DNA from: Lytechinus pictus
Taxonomy: Eukaryota
Length of the DNA: 60,000 bases
Reading direction: 5' to 3'
Assembly: GCF_037042905.1 (NCBI RefSeq)
Contig: NC_087252.1
Coordinates: 22,880,001-22,940,000, forward strand
Part shown: positions 36,261 through 60,000 of the stretch, piece by piece
How the letters are laid out: every line of letters begins with the position of its first letter
Numbering within the stretch: the stretch's first letter is position 1
Translations under genes and position numbers: made by a program
Notes under the pieces: model-generated
Seen by the model: only the letters and a program-made list of their open reading frames with translations
Database searches by the model: none
What the model was told of the DNA's origin: nothing

Positions 36261-38419
36261 AACGGCGGGAAGAAATATCAGATAATTTTTGTTTCAACAA
36301 TATATTGTGACACCCATTCCCAGTTTTTTCATGTACGTCGGAATATCAAATAAATTTTAAGCTCGCCATTTGCGATCCCATCAAAATGTTTAGTTTTAAA
36401 CCTACCCTGCATGTGATCATGGAGTCAAACTGTAGGCCCAATTGGAATGAAATTTTTTTTCAGGACGGCATACCATCATGATTTTCAGCTCGCGCTTCGC
36501 GCACTTTAACTGTTTAGGTTGATACCCATGACCCAGTTCATATAGTTTACGAATATTGCTTAGAATGTCCAGTTTTTACGTCGAAATATGCTAGTAAAGA
36601 TTTTTTAGCTCGCCCTTCGCGCTCGCATAAATAGAGTACCGATGTGTGACGTCATCAATTTTTTTTTTTTTTACTACTTTGATACCATATTTCGGTTGAG
36701 CTGACCTGAGCATGGTGAGATACATCGATCTGCAACCCAAATTTGGTGGGAATCGGTCCTTGGGGGCCTTATATATTCCCTCACGCATAGGCGGATCCAG
36801 GGGGCCGAGGGGCCACCCCCCCCCCCATTGGCGGAGCAAAAAAATAAAAACGGGGGGGGGGGGAAGGATTGAAAAGAGAGGAGAAAAAAGAGGAGGAAGA
36901 ATTAAAAGTGAATAAAATAAGATGAGGGGAAGACTTGGAAAATTGAAACAATCTTTCATGTAACTTTATAAACCACATATGCTTCTCCCACTCTTTGTAT
37001 CTTTTATCCTCTACCTTCTTCTTCTCCTTCTCTCTCCCTCTCTCTTTCACCCACACACTAATCCACTGACGTACACCCACACCACACGCTGCCATACACA
37101 CTGATGTTCACATCTTTTATCAAGCTCTCGCTCTTCATGCTCTCTCATACACATGCCCGCGCACCCTCTTACACACACACACACACACACACACCCGCCC
37201 ATATACGTCAAACGATAGTACCCCTTACTGTCTATCTCCCATATCCTCCAGGAACTATTCTCCTTGAATTGTTTTTCCACACACTCAATACACGTGCATA
37301 AAATTATACCAATATTCCATTTACATTTAGGACACAATTTAAGAACTTCATACGCCTATACAATTTGTTTTGATAGCTCATTTAATATGGATTTTGCTTT
37401 ATTTTGTTCATATTTTTACAATTCTAACAAAATTCGAGTAACACACGCTATCACTTTGAAATCATTTGAGCATTTATGCCTAATATGAATCGAATCCTAC
37501 ACCCGTGACACCCCCCTCATTGTTTCAGCCTATCAACTATTGCTATGCATGTTCACTATAAAATCCAATTAGCGCCTATAATTTTGTATCCAATTGGCCC
37601 ATATTCCGAACTGCAGGCTAATGGTCAAGTCAATTCCCGCAAAGATTGAATTGAATCAAAGAAAACAATCAAACGCATAACGCTTAAAAAATCATTAAAT
37701 TCGATGTAAGATAAGAAATTAATATAACATATCAAAATTTCACTTATTCGTCACAAAATAGTTATAACCACAACTTAGTGACATACAAATAAGAGAGCGG
37801 GTGGGTGTTTCATGAAAGTTGTCAGCACTGACTAAATTGTCAATGCTGACAAGTTTAGTGAAATCCTTGGTTTCGATTGGCTGAGAGGCACTGGCCTCTG
37901 ACTGTTACCATAGTAACTGTCGGAGAATGGCAACTTGTCAGTGCTGACAACTTTCATGAAACGGTCCCCAGATGATGTCACTCACTCACTCACTATTTCT
38001 TCTTTTTCTAAAATTATACAAAAAAAATCATTTTTACAGATTTGACAATAAGGATCCTCTGGATACAACGACAGAATGTTAAAAAATGAATACTTCACAT
38101 GTTCAGGAAGGAATAGATTTTATAAAATTTAATATTGGATAGAAAGGGAACATGCATGTTTGCTGGGTATTTGTTCCCTAAATATTGGGCAAAATGCATG
38201 TTTTAAGGGTAAATTTCAACGCACCCTTGCGTAAAAATAAAAAAAATATTTGGTATCTTCTAACCCAATAAACATGCATGTCCCCATTTTACCCAATATT
38301 GGGTAAAATCTTTGTTAGAATGTATATAGAAATACACCTAAAAATTGAAGATTCTATTTTAAAAATGTAGGATTTTACTTGCTAGACGAGATAGCCCATA
38401 GCATTGGAAATGTATGAAT

Positions 38420-43660
<5,241 letters not shown>

Positions 43661-43799
43661 GTTTAAAGATTTATCGTTAAAGGCGACAAAAATGCTAAGA
43701 AAATATATCAAACAGATGTATTGCTCTGAGGACGTCTGATGCGTAGCGGTAGCAATTCCAAAATGTGACGGTTTATCACATCAGCCGTGTATTCATAAT

Positions 43800-43930
43800 T
43801 CATGTTTTGTTTACTAATATTAAGCAGTCAGCGAATGATGAATGTGTTACTAGCTAGCCACAAAGGGTGCATAACGTTTCTATGGTAGCTATTATGATCT
43901 GCAACAATGGTTGCTTAATGTAACTTACCA
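43800..43930 (-). promoter_or_regulatory. Putative alpha-tubulin proximal promoter with Forkhead (TGTTTAC 43808-43814) and RFX X-box-like (GTTTCTATGGTAGC 43876-43889) motifs; near-identical copy at ~54555-54690
   Basis: Motif matches lie 150-230 bp upstream of the ATG in both complete copies; function is inferred. Confidence 0.4.
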
Positions 43931-44073
43931 ACAGAGAGAATCATTTCAGGCTTCGATGAACCCTCGAGTAAGGGTGGATTCAGGATTTACCAGAGGGTCA
44001 CCCCCCGAAAATACCAAGGGGTCATGGCCCACTTGACACCCCACCCCTGATCTGCAGCTTCTGCCGTCTATAA

Positions 44074-44680
44074 AGGGATGGTCCATGCTGAAAATATTTA
44101 TATCCAAAAAAATAGAGTAAAATTCACAAAAGACAATGCCGAAAATTTCAACAAAATCGGATAACAAATAACGAAGTTATTGAATTTTAAAGTTTATCAA
44201 TATTTTGTGAAAACAGCTCATATGCACATCGTCATGAATATTTATAAGGTGGGCTGATGATGTCACATCCCCACTTTCCTTTATCTTATGTTATTACATG
44301 AAATCATAATTCTTTTACTTTTGCATACAGGTGTAAATGATGTGTCTCCATTATTATGAAATAAGTTATGGCAATGAATAACTAATGCAATTAATCAGTT
44401 GTCAATCCAATTGTTTTAGTTCTTGGTAGAATTTTTTTTAAACCAACCTAATTTTATATAATAAAATACAACAGAACAAGTGGGGTTATGGCATCATCAG
44501 CCCACCTGATGAATATTCATGAATAAATGCCTAGAATTGTTTCACCGGAATAATGCAAATCTTAAAAATTCAATAACTTCGTTATTTGTTATCCGATTTT
44601 GATGAAATTTTCAGCAATTTGCTGTGTGAATTTTACTCTATTTATTTAGATATAAATATTTTCAGCCCGGATCATCCCTT
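44074..44680. mobile_element. AGGGATG..-terminus MITE upstream of tubulin copy 1 (paralogue 54830-55388 has lost its right end)
   Basis: agggatggtcc ... ggatcatccct-TTAA; shared by both repeat units, so it predates their duplication or homogenisation. Confidence 0.8.
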
Positions 44681-45024
44681 TAATGAAGATAGGGTTTCGG
44701 GGAACACGGACTTAGATAAACATATAGTGCTGTGGAATAATGATTATGGTCAGGGGCACCAGGGCACTTTGATTAGGGGCAAAGACGGCTTAGAAACGTC
44801 ATCATATTTTTTCTCAATAGAATCATTACTAGGTAATGATGCATAGAACTCTCCTTTTTACTCAATTTCTTATTTTTCCCCTCTTTCTCCTCAATTTATC
44901 GCTACAGGAAAAGACATAGAAGAATAATTACCTCTGCCCCTGCGTGACACTTACTCTGATAATAGTGATGGTAACCATCCTAAATCCTGTAATTGCATCA
45001 TCAACGTGGTAAGTTTTTTTTTAA

Positions 45025-45617
45025 AGGATAAGTCCACCCCAACAAAAACTTGATTTGAATAAAAAGAGATAAATCCAACGAGCATAACACTGAAAAGTTC
45101 ATCCAAATCGGATGTAAAATAAAAAAGTATTATGACATTTTTAAGTTTCGCTTAATTTCACAAAACAATAATATTCACATCCTGGTCGGTAAGCAAATGA
45201 GGGGACCGATGACATCACTCACTCACTATTTCTTTTGTATTTGATTATACGAAATATTCACATTTTCTCCCCGTTTACCTGTGAAACGAAGTTGTTCCTC
45301 CCTCAACATGTGGTATTGCCATTGTTTAACATGTTATGATTCAGTCAAGTTGGTCCGTATTTTCAAATTTGTAAAAATTGAAATATTGTATAATTCAAAC
45401 AATGAAAAACAAAAGAAATAGTGAGTGACATCACCGACTCTCTCATTTGCATGTCACTGAGTTGTGCTTATAACCATTTTGTGAAAAATAAGCGAAACTT
45501 TAAATTGTCATAACTTTCTTATTTTACATCCGATTTTGATGAATTTTTCTGCGTTATGCTTGTTTGATTTTTCTCTATTCATTTAAATCAACATTTTTCT
45601 GGGGGTGGTCTTGACCT
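45025..45617. mobile_element. AGG..AAGTCCACC MITE with TTAA TSD, absent from the paralogous spacer
   Basis: TTAA at 45021-45024 and 45618-45621; empty site near 55660-55675. Confidence 0.85.
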
Positions 45618-45799
45618 TTAATTGAGGGGTATGTATGAGCAACGTACAAATATACTTCTTATTTCCCCATCTTCTCCTCTTTGAAGACGCACTACCAGTT
45701 CATGTGGCGACATGGGCGTGATAATTATTATTAATATTCTGCTTTTGTCATTTTTATACAGGGATATCGAAGGAACAACATTTATAAGCGCTAAACGAA

Positions 45800-46075
45800 T
45801 GTTTTATTTCCACTTGTGTATGATTCTGGCATGCCAACACACATTACAAGCACATTATCTACTCCCTGTGGAGTGTTTCTCTAACAATTTCCAACTCAAT
45901 GGCTCGGCATAGGAGAGTTTTTCTCATCCTTATCAATTGGGTAGGTCTACCCATTTATAAGCTGGGTAGGGAGTGGCGAAGTTGATACCTTGACAGGGAT
46001 GCTCGGCCACCGTGGGATTCGAACATACGACCCTCTGATTGCAAGGTGAGAGTGGAAACCGCTGTACCAAGACGA
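45800..46075 (-). mobile_element. Older tRNA-derived SINE (paralogue ~55850-56140)
   Basis: Minus-strand B-box GTTCGAATCCC within a tRNA-like head, followed by a non-tRNA body. Confidence 0.55.
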
Positions 46076-47230
46076 TTTGCATCTATTTCACAATATGCAA
46101 TAGTTATGTCCTTAACATGAAATCATAGAATTTTAAGCAGTATTCTACCTAAACAAATTAACTTTCCGCTGTTATTGACGTGACTCTGGAATTTAAACTT
46201 TTTCCAATGGTTTAATCCTGCTGTGTATGATCTTTCCGAGGTAACTCACTTTTTGGTAAACTTCATTTTGCGTGCTGAAAATAATAATAAAAAACACATT
46301 AAATAGTCATCATCCCAACCTTTCCTCCTATCACACAATAATATTAAAGTATGAATCATACGATGTTACCATGGCTGCAGTCACATTGATAAAACAGGAC
46401 CCAGAACGACAAAAGCTATAACGTTATTGCCATTGACTTATCATCGGTCGGTCTGTCCGTGTATCAATGGTGTGACTGTAACACATCCCTTGCTTGTTAT
46501 AAACCAACCCATCAATTCTCACGCGTCGTTGATTCCTTTCATGAAGCAAAAAGATTAATATCTATAGAGAGAAGGTTTATGAATTTCAACTTATTGCCTG
46601 GGTCATGCAGTTTGTATGCAGTTGCATGGTTACTTTTGAAGCTCCTTGGTTACGAGTAGAGTTGTTTATTCTCTCACACGAGGTCCCAGTGGCGCTTTGA
46701 GCCAGAAATTTGGAGGGGGCTAGACTACATGGCATATCTGGCGAAATTTCTTACAAGCTACGGGCGAACGAAGCGCGCGATCATTTTTTTACCTTTAAAT
46801 ATAAAGATCTAATTTCGTAAAAGATTTTGACATTATATTCAGAAAATGATATGTTTATTTCCTTTTGCTTTCCTATATCTTTATCTCTCTCTCTCTTTTT
46901 TCTTAGTCTTGAAAATATGTACGCCAGTGCGAGGTCATGTAACAAAGTTTCAGTCTGATCAGTGTTCATTATTATATGCCTAATACTATATGATCTCTGG
47001 TGGGGTTGGGGGCTTTCAATACAAGCCAGACCCGAAACAAATAATCATCCTTCAATTTCAGAATACCCCTAAATACTTGTATTTTGCCATGTTCTCTCTT
47101 ACCTGAGTAATGTCCAAATATTTGAATTTCATGAGAGGGATGAGAGGTAGGCCCTTCTATCCTGATTTTTTTTTTTTCATTTTGAAAGTTGAAACCCTTT
47201 TCACTGTACTCGTGGACATAGCCTGGTCAT

Positions 47231-47310
47231 CAGGGGCGTCGATCCATTTTTCAGATTGGGGGGGGGGGGGCGAAATCATTAACGTTCCAAAGGCGCTCGA
47301 TCGTACAAAA

Positions 47311-47409
<99 letters not shown>

Positions 47410-47416
47410 TATATAT

Positions 47417-47482
<66 letters not shown>

Positions 47483-48092
47483 CTATATATATGTATGACT
47501 CATGAGACACAGACACGTATCTCACTACACAGATAGTACGAGTGCCGAGAGTGAGCTCAAATTTCTTTATATTCTGAGCTGAAAACTTGATATTCTAAGC
47601 ATTTTTGGTACCAATGATTAAGATTTGTATCTAAAAGAGAATAGATGCGAGCGCGAAGCGCGAGCTGAAAATTTTGATATTTCGATCTGAAAAAATGACA
47701 GTTTACTGGACGTTTTTGATAAAGAACAAGCTATATATCCAAGAAAAGATGATTGCAAATTGAAGCAGTTCTTTTGAGGCTTAGAACTGAAAATGGGACA
47801 TTTACATTCACCAATTTAATCATGAAAAGTATGGGTTTTTGCTACAGAAATGATGCGAGCGCGAAGCGCGAGCTGAAATTTTTTATATTCCAATCTGAAA
47901 AGCGGACATTTTGAGCACGATTTTAAATAAAGAACGAGTTGTGTATCTCAATCTCGCTTGCTGAACATTACAATCTTGTTTTTTTTAATGCATATCCGGA
48001 ATTATTGGGGGGGCAAAATGATATGTTTGCCCCCCCAATATTTTCATTGGTGGGGCGATCGCCCCCCTGCCCCCCCAGGATCGACGCCTCTG
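47231..48092. mobile_element. hAT non-autonomous element with 8-bp TSD; carries (CA)n/(TA)n microsatellites
   Basis: TIR CAGGGGCGTCGATCC / GGATCGACGCCTCTG; CTGGTCAT duplicated at 47223-47230 and 48093-48100; single CTGGTCAT at the paralogous empty site ~57318-57325. Confidence 0.92.
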
Positions 48093-48251
48093 CTGGTCAT
48101 GAATATTGACAATTAAGCCAGTCTATAAGCCAGTGCCCTTCATAAATCTAGTATCCCATCATATGTTCTCTTTTCTATATTCGTTTACTGATCATGAATT
48201 GGACGGTGTGGAAAATTATTATTTAAAAAAAGTCACCCCGGCTTTTTCCCA

Positions 48252-48418
48252 CACTGTAAAAAAATGATGTGCCAATTTAGCACTTACAGTGCTTGTATAG
48301 TGACTGCACTACGAGTGCTGATATTCTAGTTTAAATTTGAAGTAGAAAATCAGCACTCGTAGTGCAGTCACTATACAAGCACTGTAAGTGCTAAATTAGC
48401 ACTTCATTTTTTACAGTG
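48252..48418. mobile_element. 167-bp palindromic MITE with CACTG termini and 2-bp (CA) TSD (CMC/EnSpm-like)
   Basis: Near-perfect ~75-bp inverted arms; empty site tccCAttttc at ~57894-57904. Confidence 0.88.
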
Positions 48419-49625
48419 CATTTTCTTCCGTTTGAATCAGTCCCTTTGTACGTAACTCAGATCTATTAAATTCTTTGTTACATAACTAGTTCCATTTTCC
48501 GCCAAAAATTAGATCCAACACACACTCACACATAAGCATTATCCAACTGACATATGTGACAGTCATTAACACACACACACACACACACACCCTACCCACC
48601 CACAAAAGCAAACACGCTCTCTCACACACTGTCTCTTCGGCCTACACACGTCCCACCTACATATCGTCCCACCCTTACACACCTTAACATCAATCTGCAT
48701 CCACAACAACACACACCCCCAAACTATATAACTTCCTCTCCCACATCCTCCCACCCACTTTCTCATCCTATCAAACCATGAAATCTTCACACTCTTTCGA
48801 ATTATGCTGGAATTTCATTGTTTAACTTAAGTTAAAATCAGTCAACCTCCCCCGTCTCTTAATAATTAACCACCGACGTACACCCCACACCACACACACT
48901 GTCATACACACACATCTTCACTTCTATTTTCACGCTCTCTCTGTCCTCTTTCATTCCCGAGCACACGGATAAAATTACACATTATTTAGCATTCATTTCA
49001 GACACACATATCGAGGCTCCCCCCACCTCTGTCTCTATCTCACTCGCTCTCTCTCCCTCTCTACACATGTATATTTATCTTTTTATCTCCATCCCACTCT
49101 TTACATTAAAAAGGTAATTGAACTTGCAAATCATGTGATCAGGTTGAAATAAAATTATTTTATTGCATTTGATACCTGGAAAATTCATATAAATTCTTTT
49201 ATTCAGCCCTTCTGGATCTTATTGAACTTAACCCTTCTCATATTTTTTAAACTTACTTACGCAATATACTTTACTGACTTTTTTTCTTTTTTGAGGGGGG
49301 TGATAAATTTGGGCTCACATTTAATTGTTTGTAAAGCGATAGGGAAGGCCACTGCTTTACTGAATCACTGACATAAGAAATATTGATTTTGATTATTGAG
49401 TTTGCAAACAATTCTGTATCAAAGTATCTGTAATGTAATTAAATTTCATCATAAACACGAAAAATTACCAAGTCGGAGTACTTTTGTTTGTAACGAGGTC
49501 TGTAAACAAACGTGAGCCGCAAATTGGAGTTGTACTAAATGAAGAAACAGGTTTATAACGATGTTGTGTTAAAAAAACCAAAAATATTAATCAAACTAAG
49601 AATAGATGATGAGATCTCTAGCTAT

Positions 49626-54417
<4,792 letters not shown>

Positions 54418-57400
54418 GTTTGAAGATTTATTGTTGAAGGTGACAAAAATGCTAAGAAAATAGATTAAACAGGTTTATTGCTCTGAGGACGTCCGATGAG
54501 TAGCGCTAGCAATTCCCAAATGTGACGGTTTATCACATCAGCCGTGTATTCATAATTCATGTTTTGTTTACTAATATTCAGCAGTCAGCGAATGATGAAT
54601 GTGTTACTAGCTAGCCACAAAGGATGCATAACGTTTCTATGGTAGCTATTATGATCTGCAACAATGGTTGCTTAATGTAACTTACCAACAGAGAGAATCA
54701 TTTCAGGCGTCGATGAACCCTCGAGTAAGGGTGGATTCAGGATTTACCAGAGGGTCACCCCCCGAAAATACCTAGGGGTCATGGCCAACTTGACACCCAC
54801 CCCTGATCTGCAGCTTCTGCCGTCTATAAAGGGATGGTCCATGCTGAAAATATTTATATCTAAATAAATAGAGTAAAATTCACAAAAGACAATGCCGAAA
54901 ATTTCATCTAAATCGGATAACAAATAACGAAGTTATTGAATTTTAAAATTTATCAATATTTTGTGAAAACAGCTCATATTATATGCACATCGTCATGAAT
55001 ATTTATAAGGTGGGCTGATGATGTCACATCCCCACTTTCCTTTATCTTATGTTATTACATGAAATCATAATTCTTTCACTTTTGCATACATGTGTAAATG
55101 ATGTGTCTCCATTATTATGAAATAACTTATGGCAATGAATAACTAATGCAATTAATCAGTTGTCAATCCCATTGTTTTAGTTCTTGGTAGATTTTTTTTA
55201 AATCAACCTAATTTTATATAATAAAATACAACAGAACAAGTGGGGTTATGGCATCATCAGCCCACCTGATGAATATTCATGAATAAATGCCTAGAATTGT
55301 TTCACCGGAATAATGCAAATCTTAAAAATTCAATAACTTCGTTATTTGTTATCCGATTTTGATGAAATTTTCAGCAATTTGCTTTGTGGTCAGGGGCACC
55401 AGGGCACTTTGATTAGGGGCAAAGACGGCTTAGAAACGTCATCATATTTTTTCTCAATATAATTATTACTAGGTAACGATGCATATATCTCTCCTTTTTA
55501 CTCAATTTCTTTTTTTTTTCCCTCTTTCTCATCACTTTATCACTACAGGAAAAGGCATAGAAGAATAATCACCCTCTGCCCCCTGCGTGGCCCTAATTAC
55601 CCTGATAATTGTGATGGTAATAACGTAAATCCTGTAATTGCATCATCAACGTGGTCAGTTTTTTATTTATTTGAGAGGTATGTATGAGTAACGTATGAGC
55701 AACGTACAAATATACTTCTTATTCCCCCCATCTTCTCCTCTTTGAAGATGCACTACCAGTTCATGTGGCGACATGGGCGTGATAATTATTATAAATATTC
55801 TGCTTTTGTCATTTTTATACAGGGATATCGGAGGAACAACATTTATAAGCACTTATCGAATGATTAATTTCCACGTGACTGTGTATGATTCTGTCATGCC
55901 ATCACACATTATAAGCACATTATCCACTCCCTGTGGAGTGTTTCACTTACAGTTTCCAACTCAATAGCTCGGCATAGGAGAGTTTTTTCGCATCTTTATC
56001 CACTGGGTAGGTCTACCCATTTATAAGCTGGGTAGGGAGTGGCAAAGTTGATACCTTGACAGGGATGCTCGGCCACCGTGGGATTCGAACATACGACCCT
56101 ATGATTGTAAGGTGAGAGTGGAAACCGCTGTACCAAGACGATTCTCACTTTTTATCTTTATTTTGCATCTATTTCACAATATGCAATAGTTATGTCCATA
56201 GGGTTAGGGCTATGAAATCATAGAATTTTAAGCAGTATTATACCTAGACAAATTAAATTTCCGCTGTTATTGACGTGACTCTGGAATTTAAACTTTTTCC
56301 AATGGTTTAATCCTGCTGTGTATGATCTTTCCGAGGTAACTCACTTTTTGGTCAACTTCATTTTGCGTGCTGAAAATAATAATAAAAAAAAACATTAAAT
56401 AGTCATCATCCCAACCATTACTCCTATCACACAATAATATTACAGTATGAATCATACGATGCTACCATGGCTGCATTCACATTGATAAAACAGGACCCAG
56501 ACCGACAAAAGCTATAACGTTATTGCTATTGACTTATCATCGGTCGGTCTGTCCGTGTCTCAATGGTGTGACTGTAACACATCCCTTGCTTGTTATAAAC
56601 CAACCCATCAATTCTCACGCGTCGTTGATTCCTTTCATGAGCCAAAAAGATTAATATATATAGAGAGAAGGTTCATGAATTTCAACTTATTGCCTGGGTC
56701 ATGCAGTTTGTATGCAGTTGCATGGTTACTTTTGAAGCTCCTTGGTTACGTGATAGTTGTTTCATTCTCTCACACGAGGTCCCACATGCAGTGGCGTGTT
56801 AAGCCAGAAAAACGGAGGGGACTAGACATGGCATATCTGGCAACATTTCTAACAAGCTGTTGCGAACGAAGCGCGCGATCATTTTTTTTTACCTTTTAAA
56901 TATAAAGATCTAATTTCGTAAAAGATTTTGACATAATATTCAGAAAATAATATGTTTAATTCCTTTTGCTTTCCTATTTCTTTATCTCTCTCTTATTTTT
57001 CTTAGTCTTGAAAATATGTACGCCAGTGCGAGATCATGTAACAAAGTTTCAGTTTGATCAGTGTTCATTATTATATGTCTAATACTATATGATCTCTGGT
57101 GGGGTTGGGGGCTGTCAATACAAGCCAGACCCGAAACAAATAATCATCCTTCGATTTAATACCCCCAAATACTTGTATTTTGCCATGTTCTCTCTTACCT
57201 GAGTAATGTCCAAATATTTGAATTTCATGAGAGGGATGAGAGGTAGGCCCTTCTATCCTGATTTTTTTTTTACATTTTGAAAGTTGAAACCCTTTTCACT
57301 GTACTCGTGGACATCGCCTGGTCATGAATATTGACAATTAGATATCAAGACTACTGTCAATGTTACATGCTTTTGATCGAGAGGAGTTATTCTAATTTCA

Positions 57401-57720
57401 CAATTTGTTCATGCTTCCAAAACAGGCTTTCGTTGTTTAAGTTTTAACCCCATAATAGCATGCATGTATATAAGTGTTTCCTTAGTATTTTCTAAGTATT
57501 TCCTCTTCTTCGTTGAAAGTTTGATTGCACCATTTAATTAAATCTACATTTTTAAAATTATACTCCACAACATTGGCCTACAAAAATTATATTGCAAGTT
57601 TCAAGCGGGCAAAGAGTTGAACCTTTTTTTTAATGAAAGTCTAATTTTGTAGCGTATTTTGTCATTTTGTTTTATGTTTACTCTTTTACCTTATATCCCC
57701 CCCTTTTTTCTCGGTTGTCG

Positions 57721-57751
<31 letters not shown>

Positions 57752-58155
57752 ATACACAAGCGCCGAAATCAATAAGCCAGTGCCCTTCATAAATTTAGTA
57801 TCCCATGATATGTTCTCTTTTTTAAATTCGTTTACTGATCATGAATTGGACAGTGTGGAAAATTATTATTAAAAAAGAGCCATCCCGGCTTTGTCCCATT
57901 TTCTTCCGTTTGAATTAGTTCCTTTGTTCGTAACTCAGATCTAGACTAGTAAATTCATTGTTACATAAATAGTTCAATTTTCCGCCAAAAATTAAATCCC
58001 ACACACACTCACAAGCATCGTCCAACTGACACATTTTGCAGTCATTAACATACACCCACCCCAGCCACAAAAGCAAACACGCTCTCTCACACACTGTCTC
58101 TTCGCCCTACACACGTCCCACAACACATATCGTCCCACCCCCACACACCTTAACA

Positions 58156-58344
58156 TTTTTTTTTTTTAATAAGTGCACATCTAGTTTCCAATAATGCATA
58201 TAGCATTTCCATTTATTTGAAAGCAGGATAAAAGAGCATTGTAGATTAAATGCCTTGCTCACGGGCATAGGTGCCGCGGCCGGGGATCGAACCCCGGACT
58301 TTCCATGTATAGCCAGGCGCCTTAGACCACTCGGCCACGGCACC
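58156..58344 (-). mobile_element. Young tRNA-derived SINE with poly(A) tail
   Basis: Minus strand starts GGTGCCGTGGCCGAGTGGTCTAAGGCG (A box), has GGTTCGATCCC (B box) and ends in an A-run; AACAT on both flanks; empty site at ~48683-48693. Confidence 0.85.
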
Positions 58345-59294
58345 TAAACATCAATCTGCACCCACAACAACACCCCCCACATTATATAACTTCCTCTCCC
58401 ACATCCTCCCACCCACTTTCTCTTCCTCATCCTATTGAAACCATGAAATCTTCACACTCTTTCGAATTATGCTGTAAATTCATTGTTTAACTTGAAGTGA
58501 AAATCAGTCAATCTCCCCCGTCTCTTTCTCCTATACTTAACCACTGACGTACACCCACACCACACACACTGCCATACACACACATCTTCACTTCTATTTT
58601 TACGCCCTCTCTCTCTCTCCTCCCCCCCCCCTCTTTCATTCCTGAGCACACAGACAAAATTTCACATTAGTATCCATTTCAGACACACATATCGAGGCTT
58701 CCCCCACCTCTCTCTCTATCTCACTCGCTCTCTCTCTCTCTCACATGTATATCTATCTTTTTATCTCCATCTCACTCTTTACATTAAACAGGTAATTGAA
58801 CTTGCAAATCATGTGATCAGGTTGAAATAAAATTATTTTATTGCATTTGATACCTGGAAATATTCATATAAATTCTTTTATTCAGTCCTTCTGGATCTTA
58901 TTTAACTTAACCCTTCTCATATTTTTTAAACTTATTTTACCCAAAATACTTTTTTTTTCGTTTTTGAGGGGGGGGGGGTTAATTTGGGCTCACATTTAAT
59001 TGTTTGTAAAGCGATAGGGAAGGCCTCTGCTTTACTAAATCACTGACATAAAAAATATTGATTTTGATTGTTGAGTTTGCAAACAATTCTGTATTAAAGT
59101 ATTTGTAATGTAATTAAATTTCATCATAAACACGAAAATTACCAAGTCGGAGTACTTTTGTTTGTAACGAGGTCTGTAGACAAACATGACCCGCAAATTG
59201 GAGTTGTACTAAATAAATAAACAGGTTCTAACGATGTTGTGTTAAAAAAAACCAAAATATTAATCAAACTAAGAATAGATGATGAGATCTCTAT

Positions 59295-60000
<706 letters not shown>

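Noticed and set aside
58250..58344. tRNA gene candidates (also ~28200-28280, ~46000-46075, ~56060-56140)
   Set aside because: A and B boxes are present, but each is followed by a non-tRNA body, one with a poly(A) tail and an empty paralogous site; these are SINE heads.

Overview
This is AT-rich, intron-containing animal genomic DNA; the repeat landscape suggests an echinoderm, probably a sea urchin (inference). Genes: (i) the last four coding exons of an ABCH/ABCG-type half transporter on + (ends at 2789); (ii) a complete five-exon NAA50 N-terminal acetyltransferase on - (33376->22537, 164 aa); (iii) a tandem array of alpha-tubulin genes on -, with two complete 452-aa genes and the 3' part of a third cut by the window end. 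The rest is dense with non-autonomous DNA transposons, SINEs, a LINE fragment and satellites. The most striking structure outside the ORF track is a 13.85-kb element (7401-21253) with inverted termini and a TAA target duplication (PIF/Harbinger signature), which splits a minisatellite and has no visible transposase. There are also two GGG..CCC elements with 4-bp target duplications carrying dispersed motif arrays, and a fold-back element with a 247-bp hairpin in NAA50 intron 1. The tubulin array shows a mosaic 3'-terminal copy ending in Phe rather than Tyr, and RFX/Forkhead-like motifs. I found no CRISPR array, rRNA or bona fide tRNA gene.
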